A stretch of 64,000 nt of DNA from a candidate division FCPU426 bacterium (GCA_963847625.1 CAWKAR010000027.1:192001-256000); one strand, 5' to 3'. Counted from the first letter of the stretch, positions 31,142 to 42,223 are shown. The notes: generated from the letters alone by a model not told the origin. Numbers and translations: made by a program.

Positions 31142-33919
31142 ATGCCAAAACCTCGTTTATTCCTCCTGGATGGAGCCGCGCTGGCATACCGGGCCTACTT
31201 CGCCTTCATTAAAAACCCTCTCACCAACGCCAATAGCTTGAATACCTCCGCGGTATTTGGATTTTTAAACATTCTCCTGAGCTTATTGGAAAAGGAAAAA
31301 CCCGAGTATTTCGCAGTCATTTTCGACTCCCGCGAACCCACATTCCGGCATAAACGGTACAAGGAATATAAGGCCACCCGGGAAAAAATGCCCGAAGACA
31401 TGGCAGAATCGCTTCCTTATATCGACAAAGTGGTCAAGGCCTTGAATATCCCGGCGCTCGTCCTGCCCGGTTTCGAGGCCGACGACTTGATTGGCACGCT
31501 GGTGGCCCGCGCGAAAGAGGAGGAAATCCAAAGTTTTATTGTGTCCGGGGACAAGGACTTCATGCAACTCATCGGCCCCGACGTGAAGATGTACAACCCG
31601 AGGAAACCGGACGATATGGTGGTCGTGGATGAGAAGGGTGTCCTGGAAAAATTCGGGGTCAGGCCCGACCAGGTCATCGACGTCCTGGCCCTCATGGGGG
31701 ACGCCTCCGACAACGTGCCAGGAGTTCCGGGGATCGGCGAAAAAACCGCTTCGGCGCTGATCAACGAGTTCGGTTCCCTGGACAACCTGTTCAAGAACGC
31801 GGAAAAAATCTCCAAGCCCAAACTGAAAGAAACCCTCCTGAAGAACAAACCCCTGGCCGACCTTTCCAAGGAACTGGTCACGATCGATTGCCAAGTGCCC
31901 CTGAAGGAAAAACTGGAGGATTTGGTTTGCGGCAAGCCGGATCTGGACGAGATCAAGGAAATATTCAAGGAGCTGGAGTTCAACCGGCTCTTCACCCGTG
32001 TAGAGCAATATTCGGACGGCCTTAAAGGAACATCCGAAAAAAAGGAAAAGCCGGAACCAAAAGCGAAAGTAAAAAAGGAAAAGGAACCAGCGGAAGAATT
32101 CATTCCGGAAGTCAAGATCGTTTCCTCCAAGTACAGGCCCCTCTTGACCCCGGAGGAGATCCAAGAGGCCTTGGAAGCTGCCTCAAAAGCGGAAGAGGTG
32201 GCGGTCGACACCGAAACCACCGGCTTGGACTCCTTGACGGCCGAGATCGTCGGCGTTTCCTTGGCCTGGAAAGAAAAAGAAGCGGTTTATATTCCTTTCA
32301 ACCAGCGGTTGGAAAAAGAAAAGCTCCTGAAATTTCTCAAACCGTTCCTGGAAAACCCGAAAATCAAAAAGGGCGGGCAAAACAGCAAGTACGACTGGGC
32401 GGTGTTCAAGACCCACGGCATCAACCCCCAGGGATTCGCATTCGACACGATGGTGGAAAGCTACCTTTTGGATTCCTCCAGCCGCCAACACAACTTGGAC
32501 GCCATCGCCCTCAAACATTTCAACTACACCAAGATCCCCACCGAGGCAGTGATCGGAAGCGGCAAAAGGCAGATTACCATGGAGAAGGTTCCCCTGGAGG
32601 CCATCACCCAGTACGCCTGCGAGGACGCGGATTTCACCTTCCGGGCCCACGCCCTTTTCGCGCCCCGCATCAAAAAAGAAGGGTTGGACCAGCTTTACCA
32701 GGAAGTGGAACTGCCGCTCGTGATGGTGCTGGAGGACATGGAGCGAAAGGGAATCTCCATCGACGTCAAACTGCTCCAGAAACTGTCCGGCGAAGCGGGG
32801 GAAGAGCTGGAAAAGCTCACCAAGAAGATCTTCAAGGAAGCCGGTGAGGAGTTTAACATCGGCTCCCCTCAGCAATTGGGAAAAATTCTTTTCGAGAAAA
32901 TGCAGGTTCAACGGATTTCTGGAACCCGGGTGAAAAAGACCAAAACAGGCTATGCCACCGACGTGGATGTTTTGGAGTCCCTCAAGGGCATCCCGGTGGC
33001 GGACATGCTTTTAGACTACCGGCAAACCGCCAAATTGAAGAACACCTACCTGGACGTTTTGCCCACGCTGGTCCATCCCCGGGACGGCCGCATCCACACC
33101 TCCTACAACCAGACGGTAACTGCGACGGGCCGGCTTTCTTCCACCGACCCCAATTTGCAGAATATCCCCATTCGCTCGGAATTCGGCCGGAAGATCCGCG
33201 CGGCTTTCGTGGCGGAGGGCCCCCAAAAAACGCTGATCTCGGCTGATTACTCCCAAATCGAATTGAGGGTCCTGGCGCACATTACCGAGGATCCGAACCT
33301 GATCGAGACTTTCCAGAACGAAGAGGATGTCCATGCGCGCACCGCCTCGCTGATATTCGGGATGCCCCTGGAAAAAGTAACGCCGGGCCAGCGGAGCCAG
33401 GCCAAAACCATCAACTTCGGGGTCATCTACGGCATGGGCCCCCAACGGCTGGCCCGGGAGAACGGCGTCACCATGGCTGAAGCCAAGAAATTCATCGAGG
33501 AATATTTTGCCAAGTACCCCGGCATCCAAAAATTCACGACTGAGCAGGTGGAAACCGCTAAAAAACAAAATTATGTGTCGACCATCCTGGGGCGCAAACG
33601 GCTTATCCCGGAAATCCATTCCACTAACATCGGGCTTCGGATCAACGCGGAGCACATGGCGGTGAACACGCCCATCCAGGGGTCAGCCGCGGATCTGATC
33701 AAGGTGGCCATGGTCCGGCTTCATGAGAAACTCAAACAAAAAAAGATGGAAACTGCCATGCTTCTGCAGGTGCACGACGAACTGGTTTTCGAGGCGCCGA
33801 AAAACGAGGTGGAGAACGCCAAGCAGATGATCGTCCATGAAATGGAAAACGCCATGAAACTGAAAGTTCCCCTCAAGGTCGACGTGGGGGTGGGCAAGAA
33901 CTGGCTGGAAGCCCACTAA
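31142..33919 (+). CDS. polA: DNA polymerase I
   Basis: 5'-3' exonuclease (GDASDNVPGV), 3'-5' exonuclease (DTETTG), polymerase motifs DYSQIELR, KTINFGVIYG, VHDE. Confidence 0.98.
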   Translation: MPKPRLFLLDGAALAYRAYFAFIKNPLTNANSLNTSAVFGFLNILLSLLEKEKPEYFAVIFDSREPTFRHKRYKEYKATREKMPEDMAESLPYIDKVVKALNIPALVLPGFEADDLIGTLVARAKEEEIQSFIVSGDKDFMQLIGPDVKMYNPRKPDDMVVVDEKGVLEKFGVRPDQVIDVLALMGDASDNVPGVPGIGEKTASALINEFGSLDNLFKNAEKISKPKLKETLLKNKPLADLSKELVTIDCQVPLKEKLEDLVCGKPDLDEIKEIFKELEFNRLFTRVEQYSDGLKGTSEKKEKPEPKAKVKKEKEPAEEFIPEVKIVSSKYRPLLTPEEIQEALEAASKAEEVAVDTETTGLDSLTAEIVGVSLAWKEKEAVYIPFNQRLEKEKLLKFLKPFLENPKIKKGGQNSKYDWAVFKTHGINPQGFAFDTMVESYLLDSSSRQHNLDAIALKHFNYTKIPTEAVIGSGKRQITMEKVPLEAITQYACEDADFTFRAHALFAPRIKKEGLDQLYQEVELPLVMVLEDMERKGISIDVKLLQKLSGEAGEELEKLTKKIFKEAGEEFNIGSPQQLGKILFEKMQVQRISGTRVKKTKTGYATDVDVLESLKGIPVADMLLDYRQTAKLKNTYLDVLPTLVHPRDGRIHTSYNQTVTATGRLSSTDPNLQNIPIRSEFGRKIRAAFVAEGPQKTLISADYSQIELRVLAHITEDPNLIETFQNEEDVHARTASLIFGMPLEKVTPGQRSQAKTINFGVIYGMGPQRLARENGVTMAEAKKFIEEYFAKYPGIQKFTTEQVETAKKQNYVSTILGRKRLIPEIHSTNIGLRINAEHMAVNTPIQGSAADLIKVAMVRLHEKLKQKKMETAMLLQVHDELVFEAPKNEVENAKQMIVHEMENAMKLKVPLKVDVGVGKNWLEAH

Positions 33920-33954
33920 CGGATGAAGAGTCAATAAATCCCGGGAGGGGATTC

Positions 33955-36096
33955 GTGACGAAAAAGGCGAAATGGTTCTTCTGTTTTGTTTTATTCGCCC
34001 TCTCGGGCATCGGAAGCCAGTTTCTATTCGCCACCTCGGGAGAGACCCTGGTTTGGGGATTGGGCTTTCCGTTTTTTCTTTTAGCCTTGGTCTTATTCGG
34101 TTTTTTGACTTCCTCCCTTCCGCCTCAATCCATTCCCGAAGAACCCCTGCCGCCGGTGACGGCGTTCGGATTATTCGGGGCGGTCGCGGCGCTGGCGTTG
34201 TTTTTCGGAACCTTCCGGATTTTGCTTGAGCCCCCCGGGTTTTTCGTCGACCAGGGCTCCATGGGTTTGGATGCTCTCCGGCTTTTAAAGGGGCATTGCC
34301 TCCCGCCGTTCCATTTAATCTACCTCAACAGCCCGCCCCTCATTATTTATTGCCTGGCCGCGTGGTTCGCGCTTTTTCCCGCTACGACCCTTTCCCTGCA
34401 TCTATTCTTTTTAACGGTGTCTTGGGCGGGAATGCTTTTTTTTTACTGGTTTCTCCGAGACCTGGGCGGGAAACGATGGGCCCTGACCGGTTTGGCGGTT
34501 TTGGCGGTCATGAGATGGTATTTCCTCGTCGCGCGGGACGGGTTTCCCAGCATCGAGGCGCCTTTTTTTACTTTTCTCGTTTTGCTCTTTTGGTGGAAAG
34601 CATTGCAGACCCGGAATATGGCCTATTACGCCCTGGGGGGCTTTTTTTTAGGGGCCGGGTATTATGCTTACCAGTCCCTGAAAGTCCTACCTTTGTTGGT
34701 GGTGATCCTGGCCCTATACGAAATAAAAATGAAAATTCCCGGCCTGCGATGGAAAGGAACAGCCCTCATGGGGGGTGTGTTTTTGGCCGTAGCTTCGCCA
34801 GTTCTCTATTCATGGATCCAACAGGGGAGCTTGGGGGCCCGGGAATCCTTCCTTTGGATCGGCCAAGAAATAATCACCAAAAAAAGCCTCGCGCCACTTT
34901 TTAAGAACCTGACGGATTGGGCCTTGATGTTCAACCGCCTGGAGGCTCCCTATCCCTTCAAGTGGGCCGAAGGCCACCGGCTTTTGGATGATTCCGCCTC
35001 TTTTTTGTTATGGATCGGTTTTTTCCACGCCCTCAGGTATTGGAAGAACAGGGCCTGTTTTTACTCGTTCACCGGATTTCTCGTGATGAGCCTTCCTTTG
35101 ATTTTAGCCTCGGACCGCCTGATGGCCGAAAGGATCGCGGGAGCCGCGCCTTTCGCAGCCTCCTTGGCCGCGCTACCGGTGCTGGCGCTTCTTCGCGGGA
35201 CGAGGGAGAGGCTGGGACGGGTCCCAAGCCTCCTTTGGGTTTCCTTGGCTTTGGCTTTCGCCCTCTCGGTTTACCAGAATTACGACGTTTATTTCCGCCA
35301 GCAGGCGGGCGACCGGGACAACTGGCACAGTTTCACGCCCGAAGCGACCCGGGTCGCGGAAACGGTGGTGTCTCATCCGGGCGTGGCCTATGAGCTGGCC
35401 CCCTGTTTTTGGGGACAGGAAACCGTCAAATTTCTTTGCTTCGACCAAGCGGGCAGGGTCCGGCCGCTCGATTTGCAACAAGCCCTCCGTCCGAAAGCGC
35501 CCCCCCCTGGAAATCTTTGCTTCGTGTTGGACCAGGGGAAAAGACCGACCCTCGAACTCTTGAAAAAGGTTTACCGGGGGGGCGGGGAAGAAGAACTAAA
35601 AGATCCCTGGGGCGTTCCCATGGCTTATTTATATTATTGGAGGGGCGGTCCGGGGAGGGAATGCCGCCCCCTGGAAGAACGGGGCCTCTTGGGGCGCTAC
35701 TTTGAATCGGGGGACGGTTCGGGAAGCCCGAGCGCGGTACGCTGGGATCCCCTCCTGAATTTCACGCACCTGAGCGATTTTCTCGTTCCGGGCCCGGGTT
35801 TCTTCGTCCAATGGAACGGGGTTTTGAACGCGCCACAAAAGGGGAAGTACGGGTTTTCCATTCTTTCAAAGGACCATGGAAAGCTTTGGGTGGATGGCCG
35901 TCCGGTGATAGATACCTGGGTTTCGAGCCAAGCTTCCATCAAACTTTCAAAGGGAGAGCACCGGATTGACCTTTCAGATGGAAGGACCAGGTTCGGGGAA
36001 ATCCGAATGGATTTCCACCTGCTGTGGATGCCTCCTGGCCAGTCCCACTTCAGCTTGGTTCCTATGATGGCTTTCGGAAAGCTCCCGCGGCACTGA
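33955..36096 (+). CDS. GT-C (ArnT/PMT-like) membrane glycosyltransferase with C-terminal PA14-like domain
   Basis: Many TM helices, GFFVDQ, PPL; C-terminal GLLGRYF...FFVQWNG...GKYGF...LWVDG. Confidence 0.7.
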   Translation: MTKKAKWFFCFVLFALSGIGSQFLFATSGETLVWGLGFPFFLLALVLFGFLTSSLPPQSIPEEPLPPVTAFGLFGAVAALALFFGTFRILLEPPGFFVDQGSMGLDALRLLKGHCLPPFHLIYLNSPPLIIYCLAAWFALFPATTLSLHLFFLTVSWAGMLFFYWFLRDLGGKRWALTGLAVLAVMRWYFLVARDGFPSIEAPFFTFLVLLFWWKALQTRNMAYYALGGFFLGAGYYAYQSLKVLPLLVVILALYEIKMKIPGLRWKGTALMGGVFLAVASPVLYSWIQQGSLGARESFLWIGQEIITKKSLAPLFKNLTDWALMFNRLEAPYPFKWAEGHRLLDDSASFLLWIGFFHALRYWKNRACFYSFTGFLVMSLPLILASDRLMAERIAGAAPFAASLAALPVLALLRGTRERLGRVPSLLWVSLALAFALSVYQNYDVYFRQQAGDRDNWHSFTPEATRVAETVVSHPGVAYELAPCFWGQETVKFLCFDQAGRVRPLDLQQALRPKAPPPGNLCFVLDQGKRPTLELLKKVYRGGGEEELKDPWGVPMAYLYYWRGGPGRECRPLEERGLLGRYFESGDGSGSPSAVRWDPLLNFTHLSDFLVPGPGFFVQWNGVLNAPQKGKYGFSILSKDHGKLWVDGRPVIDTWVSSQASIKLSKGEHRIDLSDGRTRFGEIRMDFHLLWMPPGQSHFSLVPMMAFGKLPRH

Positions 36097-36255
36097 ATTT
36101 TCCCGGATTCATGTAACTTAAAATTCGGAAAACCCCGAGGCTTGACCGGGAAACCATATAGCCAAAACCCCTTAAGCGTCCCTTCGCGGGAATGTATCTT
36201 TCAGGTTTTCCTTGCATGCTTCCGGCAGCAAGGCGTAGTTAACCCCATCTCGCCA

Positions 36256-36741
36256 CTATTTCACCAACTGCAGGTCGGGGTTTTGGGTTCCGTACTGGGT
36301 GGCACTTAAATCAACGTCCTCCGGCGGACTTTGCTTGTAAAGCCGGTAAGCGGTGGCAAGGGCCTTATAATAATAAAAGCCGAATTCCAACTTGTCCCTT
36401 TCGACCTTGTCAAATACCACCGCGTTGGCCCCGATTTCAGCGGCTTTCTTTTGGAATCCCTGGATGAGTTTTTCATAGGACCATTGGGAATTCGGAGGAG
36501 TCAAGAGGGTGCCCACCGCGACCGATTGAAGGTCGGGAGGAAAAGCGTCCTTGGAGAGGAAAAAGTAAATTTCGTTGGGTTGCAGTGCGGGCAAGGAAGC
36601 TTGGGGATCGAACTTTTTTACCACTGCCGGGTATTCATAAAGGAGGGTAAATCCACAGCCGCCAATGCTCAGCGCCAATCCGGCGAAAAAAAAGAAACTA
36701 AGGAAGTTATTAGACCCGCTTGGTTTAAAAGTGTTTTTCAT
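36256..36741 (-). CDS. hypothetical lipoprotein
   Basis: Lipobox IGGC; KKAAEIGANAV resembles YbjQ/DUF4156-like folds. Confidence 0.65.
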   Translation of the reverse strand: MKNTFKPSGSNNFLSFFFFAGLALSIGGCGFTLLYEYPAVVKKFDPQASLPALQPNEIYFFLSKDAFPPDLQSVAVGTLLTPPNSQWSYEKLIQGFQKKAAEIGANAVVFDKVERDKLEFGFYYYKALATAYRLYKQSPPEDVDLSATQYGTQNPDLQLVK

Positions 36742-37194
36742 TTTTTATTCTTTGACCCGGCTGCCATTTTACCCCTGCCGGTGTTGGGCCCTCGTCGTGG
36801 ACAAGGCCGGCCCGGGGAAATCATATCACAGGAATTGGTTTAGGTTTGTTTCATCATCGGAACAAAACTGGTTTTCAGGATCAGATTTTTGCGAGAGGCC
36901 AGGCCCTCATTTTTTTGTTTGGGATTATTTGACTTAAGATCGGGTTGGCAACCTACCACCATTCCATATTTAAAAACGATTCTTCCCCAATGCATTCCCC
37001 CTAATAAAAACAAGTTAGGAATTTCATCATTCTCGACAATGAAAGGAAGAAAGCTCAGGAATAGAAAAGGAAATTCCTTGGCATTTGGCGAAAACCAGAA
37101 TAAAAACGTGGTGAATTAACCCGGCCTAACGTCTAAAATCTGGTTTCAATATAAACCCTTCGGCCTTGATTGAGGCTGGAGTAGGAGGAATTTC

Positions 37195-37817
37195 ATGCTT
37201 CAAGCCATCAAGGCTTTCGCCCTCTTGGGGGGGAATGGGTCCTTTACCTATTATTAGCTTTGTCCATCTGGAGTATCGCAGTCATCTGGGACCGGTTTTT
37301 CCTGTTCCGGAAAAAAGCCAAGGACGCCCAAATGCTGGAAGAGAAGATTCCTTCCCTCTTCGCCCAGGGGCAATTCGAGGAAGCGCGGGAACTGGTGGAA
37401 AAATCCGATTCCCCCGCGGGAGCCATCCTGAAAGCGGGATTGTCCAACCTGTCCGCTGGGCCCGTCGCCTTGGAGCAAATCATGGAAAGCCAGAAAATCC
37501 TGGAAAAAATGGCGATGGAAAAAAACCTGCTCGTGCTGGGCACCCTGGGTAGCAACGCACCTTTCATCGGCTTGTTCGGGACCGTCCTGGGAATCATCAA
37601 GGCGTTCAACGACCTGGCCCTGGCCGGCACCTCGGGGCCGACCGTGGTCATGCGGGGCGTCTCCGAGGCCCTGGTCGCCACCGCGGTTGGGCTCCTGATA
37701 GCCATCCCCTGCGTGGCCGCCTTCAACTACTTCCAAAACCTGGTCAAGCGCTCGCTCTTGAACGCCGACCGGCTTTCGGGACTGCTCCTAGCCTACACCC
37801 CAAGGGAAAAGGGATAA
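37195..37817 (+). CDS. exbB: MotA/TolQ/ExbB proton channel protein, frameshifted at a G7 tract (37227-37233)
   Basis: APFIGLFGTVLGI, SEALVATAVGL; ATG with AGGAGG RBS at 37195 is out of frame with the body unless one G is added. Confidence 0.85.
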
Positions 37818-37821
37818 GAAC

Positions 37822-38226
37822 ATGGCCCATACCCGCCACGACCCCGACGAGCCGATCACCCAGATCAACGTCGTGCCGCTGGTGGACATCATGCTGGTGC
37901 TTTTGATCATCTTCATGCTGACGGCCAGTTTCATCGCGACACCTTCCGTTCCGGTCCACCTGCCCAAAGCTTACACTTCCGACCCGTCCCTCCCCCGGAG
38001 CATCTCGGTGGTCCTGAACACCAAGGGCGAAATCTTCTACCAGGGCAAGAAAATCGTGAGGGAGGATTTGCCCAACCGCTTGCGGGGTTCCGCTGCCACG
38101 AACCCGGAACTCCGGGTCGTGCTTTCTGCGGATGATACGGTGACCCACGGCAAGGTGATCGAGGTCCTGGACATGATGCGCCAGGCGGGCATCACCCAGG
38201 TCGCCCTGGGAGTGGAGAAACCTTGA
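37822..38226 (+). CDS. exbD: ExbD/TolR biopolymer transporter
   Basis: INVVPLVDIMLVLLIIFM. Confidence 0.93.
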   Translation: MAHTRHDPDEPITQINVVPLVDIMLVLLIIFMLTASFIATPSVPVHLPKAYTSDPSLPRSISVVLNTKGEIFYQGKKIVREDLPNRLRGSAATNPELRVVLSADDTVTHGKVIEVLDMMRQAGITQVALGVEKP

Positions 38227-38819
38227 GAAGCCCCGCTTTCCTTTCCGTCCGCCCCCTGTCCTGGGTTTTGTCCCTGGGGATTCACGCGGCTTTCATCCTG
38301 GGGGTCCTATGGCTGGCGCGCCCCCGCCTCCTGGACCTGACCATGGTCACCCTGGAATCGGCACAGGCCAAAGCGACGGCCTTTTTCCAACCGGCGAAAG
38401 AGGACCTTTGGCAAAGGCCCATGTTGAAGATCACCGGAAGGATTCCACTTCCGAAACCTAAACCCGAGCCAACGCCTCCGCCGCCCTCCGCCCAGGCGGT
38501 CCCCTCCTCGGGGGAGGGAATCGGCCAGATCCGAACGGTGGCCCAAGTCAGCCAATTGCCCCAATTCAAGAACCAGGTCCAAGCTGTTTACCCGGAAGCC
38601 GCCAAGAACGCGAACCTCGAGGGTGTCGTAATGCTTCAAGTGGATATTGACGCCAGCGGTTTCGTCATGGACGTGAAGGTGATCCAAAGCTTGGGTTCCG
38701 GGTGCGACGAGGCGGCGGTTAACGCCATGAAGCAGTCCACATTTTCACCGGCCATGGCGGGCACGGAAGCGGTGCCGGTGAGGATCCGGATTCCTTACCG
38801 GTTCAAGATCAACGGATGA
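38223..38819 (+). CDS. tonB: TonB family energy transducer
   Basis: TM helix with SLGIH, Pro-rich linker, YPEAAK...EGVV. Confidence 0.9.
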   Translation: MRSPAFLSVRPLSWVLSLGIHAAFILGVLWLARPRLLDLTMVTLESAQAKATAFFQPAKEDLWQRPMLKITGRIPLPKPKPEPTPPPPSAQAVPSSGEGIGQIRTVAQVSQLPQFKNQVQAVYPEAAKNANLEGVVMLQVDIDASGFVMDVKVIQSLGSGCDEAAVNAMKQSTFSPAMAGTEAVPVRIRIPYRFKING

Positions 38820-38835
38820 AATAAAAAATAAGTTA

Positions 38836-38880
38836 TGTCATTGCGAGATGTGAGCTATGCAGCGTGGCAATCACAGTTTG
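38836..38880. repeat. family B REP-like element, left half only
   Basis: TGTCATTGCGAG...GCAATCACAGTT similar to 6198-6240. Confidence 0.55.
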
Positions 38881-39163
38881 TGGGAGGTTTGCACTGTGAG
38901 TTTAATTCTTTTTTCGCCCCCTTCACTCAAGCATTCATTTAATCCGCAGGGGTGAGTTATTGAACGCTTGTACGCTGACTCGCTCCACACATTCCCCGGT
39001 GGGTTCTTGAATTAAGGGCATGTTGGAGTGCCCATAGATTCTCGAGAAGTTAGGCGCTTATAGGGTCTCCCTTTCGTTCACTGGTTTCGTGTTAAGTCGG
39101 GCTATTTGAATGATGCTCTCTTGATGGGGGCGGAGATTTTAATAAAGGTAGGCATTTAAAGGA

Positions 39164-41602
39164 TTGAATTTGAAAAGATTTAGAAAATACTTTTGGCTAA
39201 CCCTTTTGCTGTTACTCGGCTTTTGGAATTCCGCGAGTAGCCAGGAATTGATCCCCGAATCTATCCCGACCGCCGGCCCGGCCCAATCGGCTGAAACTCT
39301 TTATCTTTTATCAGGCCGGATCTTGGAGAAGGGAACTAAGGACCCGGTCCTGGGCGGAAGTCTTTTCCTGGAAGCAGCGGGAAATACGCTCCTTGCGGAG
39401 CCGGCGTCCAACACCCCGGAGGCCCAAACCAACCAGACGCCGGTTCCGGACATTACCCCCGTTCCGACCCCGGTGACCTACTCGGCGGACGCGGACTTGA
39501 AAGGGAATTACAAGGTTTCTGTGCCGGCGGGTACCTACCGTTTGGTCGCCGCGGGGGAAGGGTTCAAAAAAGTCACCCGGGCTTCTTTTCCCATTGGAAA
39601 AAATACGCATAAGGATTTTTATCTCGACCGGGAAGGCTTCACCTTGCCCGAGGTTTTGGTGACCACCACCAAGGTTCCCAAAACCCAGGTCAGTCACGAG
39701 TCCCTATCGAAGGCTGAATTAGTGGAAGTGCCTGGAACGCAGGAGGATGTTCTCAAGGCCCTTCAAGCCCTTCCGGGTGTCATCACCGCCGGGTCCCTCA
39801 ACGGTCAGCTTTTGGTACGGGGAAGCGGGCCCAATGACAACCAGTATTACGTGGATAACATCCCCATAGGGTACCCCTATCACTTTGGCATTGTCTCAAC
39901 ACTGGATTCAAACCTGGTTAAAGACATCGATTTTTATGCCGGCGGGTTCGGCCCCCAGTACCCGAATTCCATGGGCGGCCTGGTGGATGTCACCCAGAGG
40001 GATCCCAGGTCCGACCGCTGGGGCTTTCGCGCGGATGTGAACCTGTTCCTCTCTGAAATCGAATTCGAGGGGCCCATTAACCCGGAAAGCTCCCTGGCTA
40101 TTGCCGGGCGCCGGAGTTACCTGGACCTTTTCATCAAGGATTTTTCCGGATCGGGAGCCACCATCCTGGTGCCTGATTTCTCCGATTACCAGGTGAAGTA
40201 CAGCTACAACTCCTCCCCGAAAATCCACTGGGATTTTCTGGCCATGGGCAGCGCCGATTCCATCAGCGGGGATATCTCGAACTCAGCGACCTTCGCGGCG
40301 AATGACCCGGAACTTGCGGGAAATTTCAACTTCACCAACGGTTACAACAACCAGGGGATCAATTTCAGGGACCTCCTGGACGACCAGAACAGGATCACCA
40401 ACGCCCTTTACCACACGGACAGCTATTTGAACTTTTCCCTGGGACCCGGACTCTTCGAGAACAATTCCATCGAGGATTTCGGGGACAAGTTTTCCCTCGT
40501 CCATGATTTCAACCCCGACGCCAGCCTGGAAGGGGGAATTCAATACGACCATTTCGTCAACGATTTGAGCGCCTATTACGCCGTTTACACCGACCAGAAC
40601 GGCCAGCCTAACGGAACCTTCAACCTGACGACCGCGCCCAAGCTCAGTTCCACGGGTACCGTCAACTCCGACGATTTTTCCGCCTACCTAGACCAGAAGT
40701 TCAAGGCCCTCGAGAAAAAACTGGAAATCTCGGTGGGTGCACGGGCGGATTACGTGAATTCGGATTCCACGGTGTTCCTCACCCCCCGGGCCGCGGCCGC
40801 CTACCATTTGACCGCGGACACCACCCTGAAGGCTTCCTTAGGCCTGTATGACGAGTCCCCCGACCGCATCCTGGGCGCGCCATACCTGGACGCGGGACTG
40901 GGCAACCCCCACCTGGCGCCCGAGCAATCCATCGACACGGTTCTGGGCGTGGAGCAAAAGCTGAACGATTCGGGACTTCTCTTCAGGGTCGAGGGTTACA
41001 AAAAGGATTTCTCCAATTTAATCGTCGCCAATCCCATCCTCAGTCCAGGCCAGGCCTATATCAATACCGGCTCGGGTTACGCCCAAGGGCTGGAAATTTT
41101 TCTCAGGCAACCACCCACTGAACGTTTCTTCGGCTGGATCGCCTATACCCACAGCCTATCCCAACGGCAGGATTCCCCTTCCGGCCCGACCTTTCCCTTC
41201 GAATATGACGAGCCCAATGGCCTGATTGCGGTGGGAACCTACAAATTTAATCCCGGATGGGACATGGGATTCAAGGTCCTCCTTGACGCCGGGCTTCCCT
41301 ACACCCCTGTGGCTTCTGCGGGGCAAACCGCCGTGACCGTCAACGGCCAGCCCACCACTATTTACGTGGCCCAATACGGCCCCACGGACTCGGCCCGGCT
41401 TCCAGCTTATAAAAGGCTGGATTTTTCCACTTCCATCAAAACCACCTACGACACCTGGGAATGGAAGGTCTATTTGGATATAGTCAACCTGCTTGGGACC
41501 AAGAACGTGCTGGGTTACCAGTACAACAACACTTACACCCAAAAGACGGAGCGGGACGACCTGCCGTTCCTGCCTTACCTGGGTTTAGAGGTGAAGTATT
41601 AG
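39164..41602 (+). CDS. TonB-dependent outer-membrane receptor with N-terminal extension domain
   Basis: Signal peptide; plug motifs LPGV, VRGSG, YYVDNIP, MGGLVD; barrel motifs RLPAYKRLD, NLL; terminal aromatic residue. Confidence 0.9.
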   Translation: MNLKRFRKYFWLTLLLLLGFWNSASSQELIPESIPTAGPAQSAETLYLLSGRILEKGTKDPVLGGSLFLEAAGNTLLAEPASNTPEAQTNQTPVPDITPVPTPVTYSADADLKGNYKVSVPAGTYRLVAAGEGFKKVTRASFPIGKNTHKDFYLDREGFTLPEVLVTTTKVPKTQVSHESLSKAELVEVPGTQEDVLKALQALPGVITAGSLNGQLLVRGSGPNDNQYYVDNIPIGYPYHFGIVSTLDSNLVKDIDFYAGGFGPQYPNSMGGLVDVTQRDPRSDRWGFRADVNLFLSEIEFEGPINPESSLAIAGRRSYLDLFIKDFSGSGATILVPDFSDYQVKYSYNSSPKIHWDFLAMGSADSISGDISNSATFAANDPELAGNFNFTNGYNNQGINFRDLLDDQNRITNALYHTDSYLNFSLGPGLFENNSIEDFGDKFSLVHDFNPDASLEGGIQYDHFVNDLSAYYAVYTDQNGQPNGTFNLTTAPKLSSTGTVNSDDFSAYLDQKFKALEKKLEISVGARADYVNSDSTVFLTPRAAAAYHLTADTTLKASLGLYDESPDRILGAPYLDAGLGNPHLAPEQSIDTVLGVEQKLNDSGLLFRVEGYKKDFSNLIVANPILSPGQAYINTGSGYAQGLEIFLRQPPTERFFGWIAYTHSLSQRQDSPSGPTFPFEYDEPNGLIAVGTYKFNPGWDMGFKVLLDAGLPYTPVASAGQTAVTVNGQPTTIYVAQYGPTDSARLPAYKRLDFSTSIKTTYDTWEWKVYLDIVNLLGTKNVLGYQYNNTYTQKTERDDLPFLPYLGLEVKY

Positions 41603-41836
41603 ACCAACCCAACCCTTACCACACGGCCCTTCGCACCGCAGCGAGGGGCCGTGGACAGAGGAACAGCTAAGAAAATAATTTTAAATTAGATCATCATTAA
41701 TAGTTGCGTCTTTGCGTTTCTGTGGTGTATTAGACCTTGAAATGTGGGGCCCGCCCATGCGTCTCGGGGTCCCGGCTCAAATCACCGAAATAGAATTGAG
41801 CCGCGGTTGAAGGGCTTTTGAGGCTGGGAGGCGAAA

Positions 41837-42223
41837 TTGGCGAAGAAAAAAAAGAATAATAAAAAGATGATATTTGCAGTAAGTGTTCCCGTCGTTTTTT
41901 TAGTTCTCTTGTATTTTATCTTTCAATGGCAAAGTGGAAAAAAAGTAAGCACTGACGGCGGAAAAACACTTGAAAATCCGGGCCAAATAAATTTGTTGTT
42001 TATTGGTTTCAAGATCAAAAATTTTCGATGGCCGGCCAATATAGTTGAACTGGAAAATTACCTGAAAGAAAACAAAGAAAAAGGGGATTACGATTTAACG
42101 GCCTATCAAAACTTGACTTTCACGGAAACCCCCCAGAAAACGCTTAAAATCCATTACGACGGTTACGAAAAAGGGAATGTCACCGCGGGACCGTATGACG
42201 CGGAACTTAATATGGGCCCCTAA
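41837..42223 (+). CDS. hypothetical membrane-anchored protein (AT-rich)
   Basis: Basic N-terminus plus one TM helix; GGAGG RBS. Confidence 0.6.
   Translation: MAKKKKNNKKMIFAVSVPVVFLVLLYFIFQWQSGKKVSTDGGKTLENPGQINLLFIGFKIKNFRWPANIVELENYLKENKEKGDYDLTAYQNLTFTETPQKTLKIHYDGYEKGNVTAGPYDAELNMGP

Noticed and set aside
38820..39163. Cobalamin or other riboswitch before the TonB-dependent receptor
   Set aside because: No recognisable B12-box or conserved core motifs
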